A stretch of DNA of 50,530 nucleotides from Candidatus Hadarchaeum sp. (GTDB taxonomy: Archaea > Hadarchaeota > Hadarchaeia > Hadarchaeales > Hadarchaeaceae). Numbering within the stretch: the first letter of the stretch is position 1; every line of letters begins with the position of its first letter. Below are positions 27,188-36,653 of this stretch, one piece after another. Location of the stretch: the NCBI RefSeq assembly GCF_049969415.1, contig NZ_JBMFOX010000007.1:1-50530 (forward strand), read 5' to 3'. Below the pieces are notes generated by a model that was not told the origin of the DNA, made no database searches, and worked only from the letters and a program-made list of their open reading frames with translations. Position numbers and translations under genes: made by a program.

Positions 27188-28222
27188 ATGGTTGGTGATG
27201 TTTTGAGGACCATAGAACTTCGCGGCAATGAGGTGGTTCTGATTGACCAGACGCAGCTGCCTCAGCGGCTGGTGAGGGTCAGATGCCGGAGCGCCGAGGA
27301 GGTGGCCGTGGCCATCGAGGAAATGAAGATCCGAGGGGCGCCGGCGCTGGCGGCGGCGGCAGCGATGGCGCTGGCCGTCACCGCCTTAAGAAGCCGGGCT
27401 AGGACAAGGGGAGAGCTCCTGCGGGAGCTGGAGCGGGCGGGCAGGAGAATCGGGAGAACTAGGCCGACCGCGGTCAACCTGTTCGTGGGCCTGGAGCGGG
27501 CCCTCCGCGCCGCGAGATCGGCCGCGGATGTCGAGGGCATCCGTAAAGCCGTAGTTAGTGAGGCGGAGGCAATCGCCGAGGAGGATGTTGCGGTCAACAG
27601 GAAGATAGGCGAGAACGGTGCGGTGTTGCTGGAAGACGGTGACTTGGTCCTGACGCACTGCAATGCGGGTTCACTGGCGACGGTCGACTATGGCACGGCT
27701 CTGGGCGTGATTCGCGCAGCGTGGAGCGCCGGCAGGAAGATCGAGGTCATCGCCACCGAGACGAGGCCGCTGCTGCAGGGGGCTAGGCTGACGGCCTGGG
27801 AGCTGAGCCGTGATGGGATTCCGGTCACCGTGGTCACGGACGGGACGGTGGGATATCTGATGGCGCAGGGCAAGGTGGATAAGGTCGTTGTCGGTGCTGA
27901 TCGAATTGCCGCAAATGGGGACGCCGCCAACAAGATCGGGACTTATTCCATAGCGGTGCTGGCCAAGGAGCACGGGATACCCTTCTACATCGCGGCCCCG
28001 ACGAGCACGGTTGATCTGAAGCTAAGGACCGGCGCCGAGATACCGATTGAGGAAAGGCGCCCTGAGGAGGTGATCTTCTTCCGCGGGGTCAGGGTCGTGC
28101 CCAAGGGTGTTAAAGTTTTCAACCCTGCCTTTGACGTCACCCCGGCCCGCTTCATCACCGCGTTCATCACCGAGCGAGGCGTTGTCAGACCAGGTGAGCT
28201 GGCAAAAATCTTCAAAGGCTGA
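27188..28222 (+). CDS. mtnA: S-methyl-5-thioribose-1-phosphate isomerase
   Basis: IRGAPA, RPTAVNL, LTHCNAGSLAT, ETRPLLQGARLT, ANKIGTY, NPAFDVTP. Confidence 0.93.
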   Translation: MVGDVLRTIELRGNEVVLIDQTQLPQRLVRVRCRSAEEVAVAIEEMKIRGAPALAAAAAMALAVTALRSRARTRGELLRELERAGRRIGRTRPTAVNLFVGLERALRAARSAADVEGIRKAVVSEAEAIAEEDVAVNRKIGENGAVLLEDGDLVLTHCNAGSLATVDYGTALGVIRAAWSAGRKIEVIATETRPLLQGARLTAWELSRDGIPVTVVTDGTVGYLMAQGKVDKVVVGADRIAANGDAANKIGTYSIAVLAKEHGIPFYIAAPTSTVDLKLRTGAEIPIEERRPEEVIFFRGVRVVPKGVKVFNPAFDVTPARFITAFITERGVVRPGELAKIFKG

Positions 28223-28439
28223 CTGCCACGACCTTCTTCACGCCCGGTACCTGCTTTTTCAGCTCTCTCTCGATGCCGAAGGCTAGAGTCATGGTCGACA
28301 TCGGACAGCCGGCGCAGGCCCCAACCAGCTTCACCTTGACGACGCCATCGTTGGTCACGTCGACGAGTTCGACGTCGCCACCGTCGGCCTGCAGCGCTGG
28401 TCGGATTTTCTCTATCGCGGCCTCGACTTCTTCCCTCAT
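28212..28439 (-). CDS. NifU C-terminal/Nfu-type Fe-S scaffold
   Basis: IRPALQADGGDVELV, GACAGCPMS. Confidence 0.92.
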   Translation of the reverse strand: MREEVEAAIEKIRPALQADGGDVELVDVTNDGVVKVKLVGACAGCPMSTMTLAFGIERELKKQVPGVKKVVAVSL

Positions 28440-28489
28440 TAAATCACACACATAGAACTAGTTTGACCATCGTTTAAGCCTGTTGATGG

Positions 28490-29770
28490 TCAGGCTCCGA
28501 ACTTGGAGCTCTTGCCCATCAGGTCAATGATAATTGGGAGGAGGTATTTGCCGCGGATTCTGCCCAGGCCACCCTTGGCCGCCGCCCGCTCGCTGAAGGT
28601 CCTGACATCGTCGGTGCGCACGCCCGGGCCCGAGATGACCACGGGGACGGGGTCGGCGGTGTGGTTTTTGACGCTGATCGATGTGGTGTGGTCGGCGGTG
28701 ACGGCGATGAAGTCAAAGGAGTCGATGAACTGGTTGATGATTGAGTCCACCCGCTCAATGATCTCTATCTTGGCCTTGATGTTTCCGTCATGGCTGGCTT
28801 CATCAGAACCCTTGACGTGGAGTAGGACGAGGTCGTGGTCTTGGAGCTGTTGCAGTGCCGCCTTGGCCTTGGCGTTGAGGTCGGTGTTGACGCCGCCGGT
28901 GGCGCCCGGGACATCGACCACAGTCATCCCGGCCAGTTTGCAGACGCCCTTCACCAGCGCCGCGGCGGCCACACAGGCCCCCTTGATCCGGAACCTTTGG
29001 TAAAAAGGGACCAGGTGGGGGACCACGCCGCCGCCGCGAATGAGCAGGTAGTTGGCCGGCGGCAGGCCGTTCTTGGCGCGTTCGATGTTGACCGGGTGCT
29101 TTTTCAGGACCTCGTAGGCCCTCTGGGAGAACTCGTTGAGCAGCTTCGCGGTCTTGGCAGCCCACCTCCGGCGCATCACGTATTTTCTGACGCCGCCGGC
29201 GATGATGGGGTAGGCGGGCACGGCTCCTTCTTCCGACTGCAAAAGTGGCACCACCTTCAGCGGCTTTTTGCCCTCCTCGTGGGGGTCGGAGTCGGAGACC
29301 TCGTGCGAGAGTCCCTTGCCCCGGAGCACGAGCGTGGCCCGGTGGCCGACGGTGCTCCTGAAGATGAATTCGGCCCCCTTGAGCTTGATGTTTTGGATCG
29401 CCTCGGCAAGGGCCTTGGTCTCCTGAATTCTTCCCGCCCTTCTGTCGGTGACGACCAAGTTTTTGTCCACGGTTGCGTAGTTGACCCTGAAGGCGATGTC
29501 TCCCGGCTTCAGGTCGATGCCGGCCCCCGCGGCCTCAAATGGCCCTCTTCCTGTGTAGGTCTGGTAGGGGTCGTACCCCAGCAAAGCCAGGTGGGCGGTA
29601 TCGCTTCCGGGTGTCGTCCCCGGGGCGATCGTGTCCATTATCCCACTAATGCCGCGCTTGGCCAGCCAGTCCATGTTGGGCGTGTCGGCTATCTCGAGCG
29701 GCGTTTTGTAGCCCAGCGCGGGGATGGGGCGGTCGGCCATCCCGTCGCAGATGATGAGAAGGGTTTTCAT
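28490..29770 (-). CDS. apgM: 2,3-BPG-independent phosphoglycerate mutase (archaeal)
   Basis: DGMAD, PGSDTAH, GRGPFEA, DEASHDG, TADH, HTADPVP. Confidence 0.93.
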   Translation of the reverse strand: MKTLLIICDGMADRPIPALGYKTPLEIADTPNMDWLAKRGISGIMDTIAPGTTPGSDTAHLALLGYDPYQTYTGRGPFEAAGAGIDLKPGDIAFRVNYATVDKNLVVTDRRAGRIQETKALAEAIQNIKLKGAEFIFRSTVGHRATLVLRGKGLSHEVSDSDPHEEGKKPLKVVPLLQSEEGAVPAYPIIAGGVRKYVMRRRWAAKTAKLLNEFSQRAYEVLKKHPVNIERAKNGLPPANYLLIRGGGVVPHLVPFYQRFRIKGACVAAAALVKGVCKLAGMTVVDVPGATGGVNTDLNAKAKAALQQLQDHDLVLLHVKGSDEASHDGNIKAKIEIIERVDSIINQFIDSFDFIAVTADHTTSISVKNHTADPVPVVISGPGVRTDDVRTFSERAAAKGGLGRIRGKYLLPIIIDLMGKSSKFGA

Positions 29771-29817
29771 CCAATCAACCTACATACATACTAATTTGGT
29801 AGTAAAAAAATAGTGTG

Positions 29818-29927
29818 GGGCCCGTGGCGCAGCCTGGATGGCGCGGCAAGTGAAAGCACCCGCAGGGCTTCGGGCTGATGGGGGAGAGACCTGTAGGTCG
29901 TGGGTTCGAATCCCACCGGGCCCGCCA
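29818..29927 (+). tRNA. tRNA-Arg(UCG) with two introns (29849-29865 at 29/30; 29874-29888 at 37/38), CCA encoded
   Basis: GGGCCCG/CGGGCCC acceptor, GCGC D-stem, A20, GGTTCGAATCC T-arm. Removing both BHB-bounded introns gives stem GCAGG/CCTGT and loop CT-TCG-GA. Confidence 0.9.
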
Positions 29928-29962
29928 CTTCAATTCTTATTTTCTGGAGATGAGATAGCAAT

Positions 29963-30036
29963 GGGCCGGTAGTCTAGCTTGGATAGGACGCGGGCCTCCG
30001 GAGCCTGCAACACGGGTTCGAATCCCGTCCGGCCCG
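29963..30036 (+). tRNA. tRNA-Arg(CCG), no intron, no encoded CCA
   Basis: GGGCCGG/CCGGCCC, anticodon arm CGGGC-CT CCG GA-GCCTG, GGTTCGAATCC. Confidence 0.93.
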
Positions 30037-30245
30037 CACCGTTAAACAAGTCCCATATGCTGGCACCGCTGGAGCCGCGTAGACGAATGAAATCTTACAT
30101 ATCTGGCCGGGTCCCACGTTAGCCATTGGCGAGAACGACCGAATCTGAACAATCGCCTGACGATCCCTCCGGCTTTTTTCTACAGAAACTCCTTTAAAAA
30201 TAGTGGCAGTGATAGACGGTATTTCTGGTCCTAATTGAAGGATCC

Positions 30246-31357
30246 TCAGCTGCGCTTCAACAGCCACTTCCATATAGGGAGGAAACGTATTTTTATCCCT
30301 TCAATTTTTTCCGTTTTTTCAACATCCTTATGATCGTGCCTTCCTCAAAACCAAATTCCTTCGCGCACGCAACGAGCCCCCGGACTTCGTTTTTTCGTCG
30401 ATTCGCTCACATCAGTCACTACCTGTATCAGTTCTTTCACCTTAGTCCCCTCCCGAATCACAAAATCCGTCTCAACTCTGCTCTGGTCTTTCCAGTAATG
30501 GATTTCATGGTTCTAGGGCAGCCGTCTCTTCAGCTCCAAGAATACAGCGTTTTCGAATAGCCGACCCATATCAACTTTTCCGCTCACCGCATACATGAAT
30601 CCGGTGTCGCCGAGATACGCTTTTCTCAGGTACTGTGATCTATCCTTTATGCTGTACGAAAATATGGGGACGAAAAAGAACGGGCAACCATCCTGTGAGT
30701 GTTTTCCAGATCGAGGATGCTCTGTTTGCCGATTTTATGGCCGAGGCTTTTGAAGAAGTTCAAACACTTTGAGGCGGAGAAGGTGTTTCAACGACTTACT
30801 TCCCGAAGAGTTCCACCGTCGTTACCGTTTCCTCCGCCATCTCCGCCACATCAAGGCCGGCGATGTCCTTAAAATAGGAGTTCAACAGTCTAACTTTTTC
30901 TGTTTTTTCGCCGACGAGGGTAACTTCTGGAAAGCCGCCGTAGATGAGGTAGTCTTGCAGTGCTTTTTCTATTTTGCCCATCCCGGCGGTCGTGGGCTCG
31001 AACTCTATGCCGCTGAACTGCAGGAATTCTTCGAATGACAGGGGATAGAGTTCGTACGGCAGCACCCCCCCTCTAAGGGGCTTGCTGGGCACCGCAAGCT
31101 TTTTTCGCGATGAACTCACGAGCAGTTGGAGTTTTCCTTTCAGCATCTCGTGGTTGCGGGCGAGCCACCCTTCCCAGTCCCGGACACTGGTTATCTCATC
31201 CAGCAGTAGGTACCCTTCGTCTCCAAACCACTTCAGTACTTCGTCGAGGATTTCCGGCGCATCCTTAATCCTGCCGTCTTCTAGGTTAATGTATGCTACT
31301 CTTTTGCTCTCCCCAGCCAGCTTCTGGCGGAACAGGATCAGCAGGCTGGACTTGCCC
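30246..31357 (-). pseudogene. AAA_14/DUF4143 ATP-binding protein pseudogene
   Basis: GKSSLL...YINLED...LLLDEI...YPLSFEEF...YGGFPE, then stop at 30796 and frameshifts, ending ...RFLPIWKWLLKRS*. Truncated inside Walker A. Confidence 0.8.
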
Positions 31358-31797
31358 GATATGGTGCTGGATCAGCTTCGTTATCTTGCCTTCTTAGACG
31401 GAAGGATAGATGATGCGGAGGCCGAGCATCTAAATGTGACTGGAGAAATGGTCAGGAGGATTAAAGAGCACGACATCGCCACCGGGGAGATAGTCCTGGG
31501 AGGCTCTAGGGCTTACTGGGAGGACCTGATGGCGTATAATCCCGTTGAAGTTGCGAAAGAGCTCAGTATACCGATGTTGATCCTGCAGGGAGGACGTGAC
31601 TATCAAGTTACCTTGGAGGACTTTAATGGGTGGAAAGAAGGGCTGAGCGGAAGGACGTGACTTTTAAACTCTATGAAAACCTCAACCACCTTTTCATCTC
31701 CGGCACCGGTGTGCCCGGTCCTGCGGAGTATCAGATTGCCGGCAATGTTGACCAAGCCGTGGTCCAGGACATCGCAGAATGGATAAAATCGAGATAA
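31358..31797 (+). pseudogene. Alpha/beta-hydrolase C-terminal fragment, frameshifted
   Basis: PMLILQGGRDYQV, frameshift near 31655, then FKLYENLNHLF...DIAEWIKSR*. N-terminal nucleophile region missing. Confidence 0.75.
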
Positions 31798-31828
31798 ATA
31801 GAACTTAAGGTTCAAATCGGTTGAATTT

Positions 31829-33112
31829 CTAGGAGATCTTTCCATACAGGTAAGTAGGTGCTGCGTCCATGATTTCGACTTCCAATGACTTCCCCAACAG
31901 GTCGTCCGTTGAGTTGATCACGATTGGTTTGTAGGCGAAGTTTCTGCCAATCCAGGTTTGCCCTTTGCCTTTTTCGTCGATCAGGCATTTCCCCTTCCAG
32001 CCGACCCACTTTTCGTTTTTTTCCAGCCAAGTCTTTTGACACAGGTTGAATACCTCTTTGGATCTTTTTTTAACCTCATCTCCTGGAAGTTGCTTAAGGC
32101 CTGAGGCCTCGACCCACGGCCTAGAACCGAACTTGGACACGTTGGTTACGTCAGGTTTAATTTTCCTGATTAGTTCCAGAGTTTGTTGGAAATCGGAATC
32201 ACTCTCTCCGGGAAATCCGGTTATGATGTCAGTCGCCAGAGTTATCTCGGGTATCCTTTGTCTGATTTTTTCCACGATTTCCACGAATTCATTTGCTCTG
32301 TAACCGCGCCGCATCAGACTGAGGATTTTGTCCGATCCCGACTGGACCGGAAGGTGGATGAATTTGAAAATTTTTTTATCTTGATAGACCTCGAGAAGCT
32401 CCTCCAGCATGTTTTTCGCGTACAACGGGTTGATCATACCCACCCGGATGAAGAAGTTTCCCTCGACCTCACATACCGCCTTTAACAGCTCCACCAGATT
32501 GGTCCCGATGTCCAGGCCATAGCAGCCGTTGTCTAAGCTGGTGAGCCAGATCTCTTTACATCCTTCGGCCACGGCCCTTCTAACTTCCTCGACTATTCCT
32601 TCCAATGGGTAGCTGAAGAGCTTGCCCCGGTAGGGCTCATGACAATAGCTGCATTTCTGCAGGCAGCCGCGGGCGATGGGCACAATGCCAATTACTGAAT
32701 TTTTTCTCCATCGCGGTAAGTTGAGTTTGGGTTTGTTTTTGTCCTCCAAAAAAACTGTTTTCTTCCCCTCCAGCGCCGCTCTGGTAGCCTCAACTACACT
32801 TTCGACACAGTCAGGTGCCAGCAGGGAGGCTTTGGGATTCAACTTTTCTATCAACTTCCCTTCCGCTTTCGCGGCACAGCCAGCCACAACGAGCGGCTTA
32901 CCGGTTTTCGTCAGTTTCTTAATTTCGTGGAGCATCCGGTGAAAAGTGGTTAGTTTCACATTACAGGTGAAAATTATGTTCAGGTCGGACTGTTCCGCGT
33001 TATCGACGATTTCAAAGCCCGCCCGTTTCAGGAGGCCCAGAGCAATTTCAGAGTCAGCAACGTTGGAGCTGCAGCCATGGACCATGACGTGTACTTTTGG
33101 CATTCCCCTCAC
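31829..33112 (-). CDS. tRNA t6A37 methylthiotransferase (archaeal MtaB/MiaB-like radical SAM, TRAM)
   Basis: HGCSSNVADSE, TCNVK, AGC, CLQKCSYC, HLPVQSGSD, TDIITGFPGE. Confidence 0.9.
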   Translation of the reverse strand: MRGMPKVHVMVHGCSSNVADSEIALGLLKRAGFEIVDNAEQSDLNIIFTCNVKLTTFHRMLHEIKKLTKTGKPLVVAGCAAKAEGKLIEKLNPKASLLAPDCVESVVEATRAALEGKKTVFLEDKNKPKLNLPRWRKNSVIGIVPIARGCLQKCSYCHEPYRGKLFSYPLEGIVEEVRRAVAEGCKEIWLTSLDNGCYGLDIGTNLVELLKAVCEVEGNFFIRVGMINPLYAKNMLEELLEVYQDKKIFKFIHLPVQSGSDKILSLMRRGYRANEFVEIVEKIRQRIPEITLATDIITGFPGESDSDFQQTLELIRKIKPDVTNVSKFGSRPWVEASGLKQLPGDEVKKRSKEVFNLCQKTWLEKNEKWVGWKGKCLIDEKGKGQTWIGRNFAYKPIVINSTDDLLGKSLEVEIMDAAPTYLYGKIS

Positions 33113-33268
33113 TCCGAGGCATTTTACCGCAGTTTCCGGGCAGCTTTTCCGTCGGGAGCGGTTGTTTCAAATTTAAGCCTCCACCTGAAAATAGCTAGCG
33201 CTGGAAAGTAGCCAGCAGTTTCGTGGCAGTTGCGGGCGCTTCGTAAATTATAAAATGATTCCGGACTA

Positions 33269-34309
33269 ATGGCTGATGGTGTTTTGATGGTCGAGCTTTA
33301 CGGAAGGGACTTTATTACCACCCAGGAGTGGAGCGTTGAGGAGCTCCGGCACGCCATTGCCGTGGCGAGAAAGCTGAGGGAGATTGTCAAGAAGGGGGAA
33401 AGGCCGCCCAGGCTTTTGGACCGCAGGAATTTCTTCATGCTGTTCTACGCCCCATCTACTCGGACGCGCGGTGCCTTCGAGGCCGCCACCGCGATACTGG
33501 GCGGACATCCGGCCTTCATCGACGTTTCTACGACGAGGATGGAGGAGGCGGTGAAGGACATGGCGAGGATGTACGATTCCTACGCGGATGGGATTGGCGT
33601 CAGAATTCTGGACAAGTACATCGATTTTGTTTACGGCGCTGGGCTGAAGGTCGTTCGGGAGTTTGCCCGGGCCGCCAAGGTGCCGGTGATCAATATGGCC
33701 GACTGCACTTTTCACCCCACGCAGGGGCTGGGCGATATCATGACGGTTGAGGAGGAGTTGGGCAAGCTCGCGGGCAAGAAGTACACCATCACCTGGGCCT
33801 ACTCGAGCAAGCCGCGGGGGAGGTGCAGCATCCAGGAGGAAGTGCTGATCGCCACGAGGTTTGGCATGGATGTCACGCTCTCTCACCCCGAAGGCTTTGA
33901 CATCGACCCTAAGATCATCGAATGGGCCAAGCAGAACGCGAAGGAGAGTGGCGGCAGCTTCGAGATCTGCCATGACTTTGAGGAGGGTCTCAAAGGGGCC
34001 AACGTCGTCTTCCCGCGCAGCTGGGGCACGGCGGAGTTTCTCAGGGTCGGCGCGAGCAAGTTCGGCGTGGAGAATGAGATCGCTATTTATAATAAATACC
34101 GGGATTGGATGCTGGACCAGAGGCACGTGGATGACCTGATGGGCCGGCCGGCGATTGTGACGCATGTCCTGCCCGTGATGCGCGGGGAGGAGGCCACCGA
34201 CGCGGTCATGGACGGCCCGAACTCGGTGATTTACAAGCAGGCCGACGACAACTTCTACGCCAAGATGGCCACGCTGGCGCTGACGATGGCGAAGGAAGTG
34301 CCGCTGTGA
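33269..34309 (+). CDS. Carbamoyltransferase, AOTCase/YgeW-like, substrate uncertain
   Basis: PSTRTR and HPTQ present. WAYSSKP knot-type segment; HVLP in place of HCLP. Confidence 0.85.
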   Translation: MADGVLMVELYGRDFITTQEWSVEELRHAIAVARKLREIVKKGERPPRLLDRRNFFMLFYAPSTRTRGAFEAATAILGGHPAFIDVSTTRMEEAVKDMARMYDSYADGIGVRILDKYIDFVYGAGLKVVREFARAAKVPVINMADCTFHPTQGLGDIMTVEEELGKLAGKKYTITWAYSSKPRGRCSIQEEVLIATRFGMDVTLSHPEGFDIDPKIIEWAKQNAKESGGSFEICHDFEEGLKGANVVFPRSWGTAEFLRVGASKFGVENEIAIYNKYRDWMLDQRHVDDLMGRPAIVTHVLPVMRGEEATDAVMDGPNSVIYKQADDNFYAKMATLALTMAKEVPL

Positions 34310-34319
34310 GCTGAAGGGG

Positions 34320-35363
34320 CTAGGCGTTTATCCTGCCGACGACCGGAATTTCACGGCCGCACCGGGGGCACCTCTTGTCCTTCAGTCTGGATTCCAGTAG
34401 CTCTAGACCGTAGCGCCGGAGGAGAAGTTCCCCGCAGCCCGGGCAGTAAGTGTTTTCGCATCGGTGTCCCGGGACGTTGCCGATGTAGACGAACTCCAGC
34501 CCCTCCGCGAGAGCTAGGCTATAGGCCCGCTCCAGGGTGGCGACGGGCGTTGGCGGTGCCTTGAACCTGTAGGCCGGATAGTAGGCGGTGAAGTGAAGAG
34601 GTGTTTCCCTCCCGGCCTCGCGGTGGTGGCGCCTGACCAGCTCCCGTAATTGATCCTCCCGGTCGTTTACTCCCGGGATGACCAAGTTGACTATCTCTAG
34701 GTGAATTCCGAGCTTTCTTGCTTCCCGCACGTTCCGCCAGACAACATCCACGTCAGCGCCGCAGTAGCTCCGGACCACGCTGGCGTCTCCCTTGACGTCG
34801 ATGTTGATGGCGTCGAGGCCCGCCTCGTGCAGCTCGCGGAGGGCCTGGGTGGTCATGTAGCCGTTGCTGACAAAGGTGTTGTAGAGGCCGTGCTTGCGGG
34901 CTAACCGGAAGACGTCGAGCGAGTACTCAAACATCAACGTGGGCTCGTTGAAAGAGATGGATGTCCCTTGGCATCTTTCTCTTATTGCCCGTTTCACGAA
35001 ATCCTCTGGGCTGAGGTAGCTGGCCGATTGCAGCTCTGGCGGTGACTTGGAGATGGTCCAGTTTTGGCACCAGGGACAGGCGAAGTTGCAGCTCCAGCCG
35101 CCCACGGTCAGGGCAATGCTGCCCGGCCAGAAGTGGTAGAAGGGCTTCTTCTCAATCGGATTGGCGAAGATTGAGGAGACGTTGCCGTAGTTTAACGTGT
35201 AAAGATTTCCGTCGATGTTCTTTCTCGTCCGGCAATACCCGGTTCGGCCTGCCGGAATCTTACAGCGCCTTTCGCAGAGACGGCATTTTACCCTATTCTC
35301 GCCTAGTTTCTCATAAAGAAGGGCGCTCCGGATCCAGGGTTGTGCCGGGTCCATCGTTTTCAA
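34320..35363 (-). CDS. amrS: AmmeMemoRadiSam system radical SAM enzyme
   Basis: CRLCERRC..G.CRTR, PIEKKPFYHF.PG, CNFACPWCQNW.IS, YIGNVPG..ENTYCP.C. Confidence 0.9.
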   Translation of the reverse strand: MKTMDPAQPWIRSALLYEKLGENRVKCRLCERRCKIPAGRTGYCRTRKNIDGNLYTLNYGNVSSIFANPIEKKPFYHFWPGSIALTVGGWSCNFACPWCQNWTISKSPPELQSASYLSPEDFVKRAIRERCQGTSISFNEPTLMFEYSLDVFRLARKHGLYNTFVSNGYMTTQALRELHEAGLDAINIDVKGDASVVRSYCGADVDVVWRNVREARKLGIHLEIVNLVIPGVNDREDQLRELVRRHHREAGRETPLHFTAYYPAYRFKAPPTPVATLERAYSLALAEGLEFVYIGNVPGHRCENTYCPGCGELLLRRYGLELLESRLKDKRCPRCGREIPVVGRINA

Positions 35364-35444
35364 TTCGTTCCCGCCGGCTTAAACCATCAGCTTATCAGGC
35401 CGGCAGATGTATTGCTTTGAAGAAAAACGGTTCGCCGGCTGTAA

Positions 35445-35497
35445 TTGTTATATATATAACAAACGCGCCGCTCGAATATTTGTTATATTTATAACAA
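35445..35497. promoter_or_regulatory. Tandem palindromic operators TTGTTA-N6-TAACAA
   Basis: Copies at 35445-35462 and 35480-35497, upstream of amrS. Confidence 0.6.
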
Positions 35498-35520
35498 ATG
35501 CACCGAATCCACGGCGCGCG

Positions 35521-36444
35521 TTATTTGACGTAATCCAGCCAGGAGCGGTATCGGGGTTCCCCTCCCCTCACGGCGTTGAAGTAGATGTGCTGGAGCCTCT
35601 CCGTGATCGGCCCCCTTGTTCCCCCGCCTATCTTATGGCCATCAACCTCCCGGATTGGGGTGATCTCAGCGGCTGTCCCGGTGAAGAAGGCCTCATCCGC
35701 CGTGTAGAGGTCCTCCGGCGAGAGATCCTTTTCCTCGCATTCGATTCCCTCATCCTGAGCTATCTTGATCACGGAATCCCTCGTTATCCCGGAAAGGGCC
35801 CCTGAGGAGATGGGTGGCGTGAGGAGCCTGCCCCCCTTGACGAGGAACACATTTTCCCCCGGCCCCTCGGTTATCTTCCCATCCAGGTTGAGCAGGATCG
35901 CCTCATCGAAGCCCGACTCAAGGGCATCGACCTTTGCCAGTATCGAGTTGGCGTAGTTCGCCACCACCTTTGCCTGCGGGGGCAGGATGCTCGGGTGGAT
36001 CCTCCGCCATCGCGATATCTTGGCCCGGACACCTTTTCTGAGCCCCTCTTCCCCCAGGTATGTCCCCCAAGGCCACACCGCTATCGCCACGTCGACCTTC
36101 GACCCTTCCGGGTTCAGCCCCATGACGCCGTAACCGTAGAAGGCGATGGGGCGGATGTAGCACTCCTGAATGCTGTTGGCCTTTATCGTCTCCTTGGTGG
36201 CTCGGATCAACCTGCTCGCAGAATAGGGAAGTTTCATCCCGACCAACCGGGCGGAGTTTTCCAGCCTCCGGATGTGGTCTTTGAGCCGGAACACCGCCGG
36301 CCCCCTGTCGGTCCGGTAGCATCTGATGCCCTCGAAGACGCCCATCCCATAGTGGAGGGTGTGCGTCAGAACATGGATCTTGGCCTTAGCCCAGGGAACC
36401 AGCTTGCCGTTCATCCAGATGTATTTCGTCGGGGTCAGCGACAT
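35521..36444 (-). CDS. ilvE: Branched-chain amino acid aminotransferase
   Basis: LHYGMGVFEGIR, YIRP, AK..NY.NS, EGPGEN, GITRDSV, TGTAAEITP. Confidence 0.95.
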   Translation of the reverse strand: MSLTPTKYIWMNGKLVPWAKAKIHVLTHTLHYGMGVFEGIRCYRTDRGPAVFRLKDHIRRLENSARLVGMKLPYSASRLIRATKETIKANSIQECYIRPIAFYGYGVMGLNPEGSKVDVAIAVWPWGTYLGEEGLRKGVRAKISRWRRIHPSILPPQAKVVANYANSILAKVDALESGFDEAILLNLDGKITEGPGENVFLVKGGRLLTPPISSGALSGITRDSVIKIAQDEGIECEEKDLSPEDLYTADEAFFTGTAAEITPIREVDGHKIGGGTRGPITERLQHIYFNAVRGGEPRYRSWLDYVK

Positions 36445-36653
36445 CTGAACCAAAAACACGATTACGCTCATTTCTTATAACCGTATCCTGAAAATTTTCT
36501 AGCAAGCGGCGCCGTGCGTCTTGGTTTTAATATAATTTCGCCTCGAATTTTACAGTTGAAAAACGGTTAATTCAATCACATTCGATTGCCGTTTTTCCGC
36601 AGTTGCTGGAAATGCTCATATGGGGACTGCACAAAGCAGCTTAGGCACATCAG

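Noticed and set aside
29160-29226. BHB-type mRNA intron in apgM
   Set aside because: I could not build a bulge-helix-bulge at frame-preserving boundaries. Kept only as a hairpin insertion.
35445-35497. Xer/dif site or mini-CRISPR
   Set aside because: Arm orientation (TTA-N6-TAA) is opposite to dif (TAA-N6-TTA). There are only two copies, with a 17-nt gap, and no cas genes.
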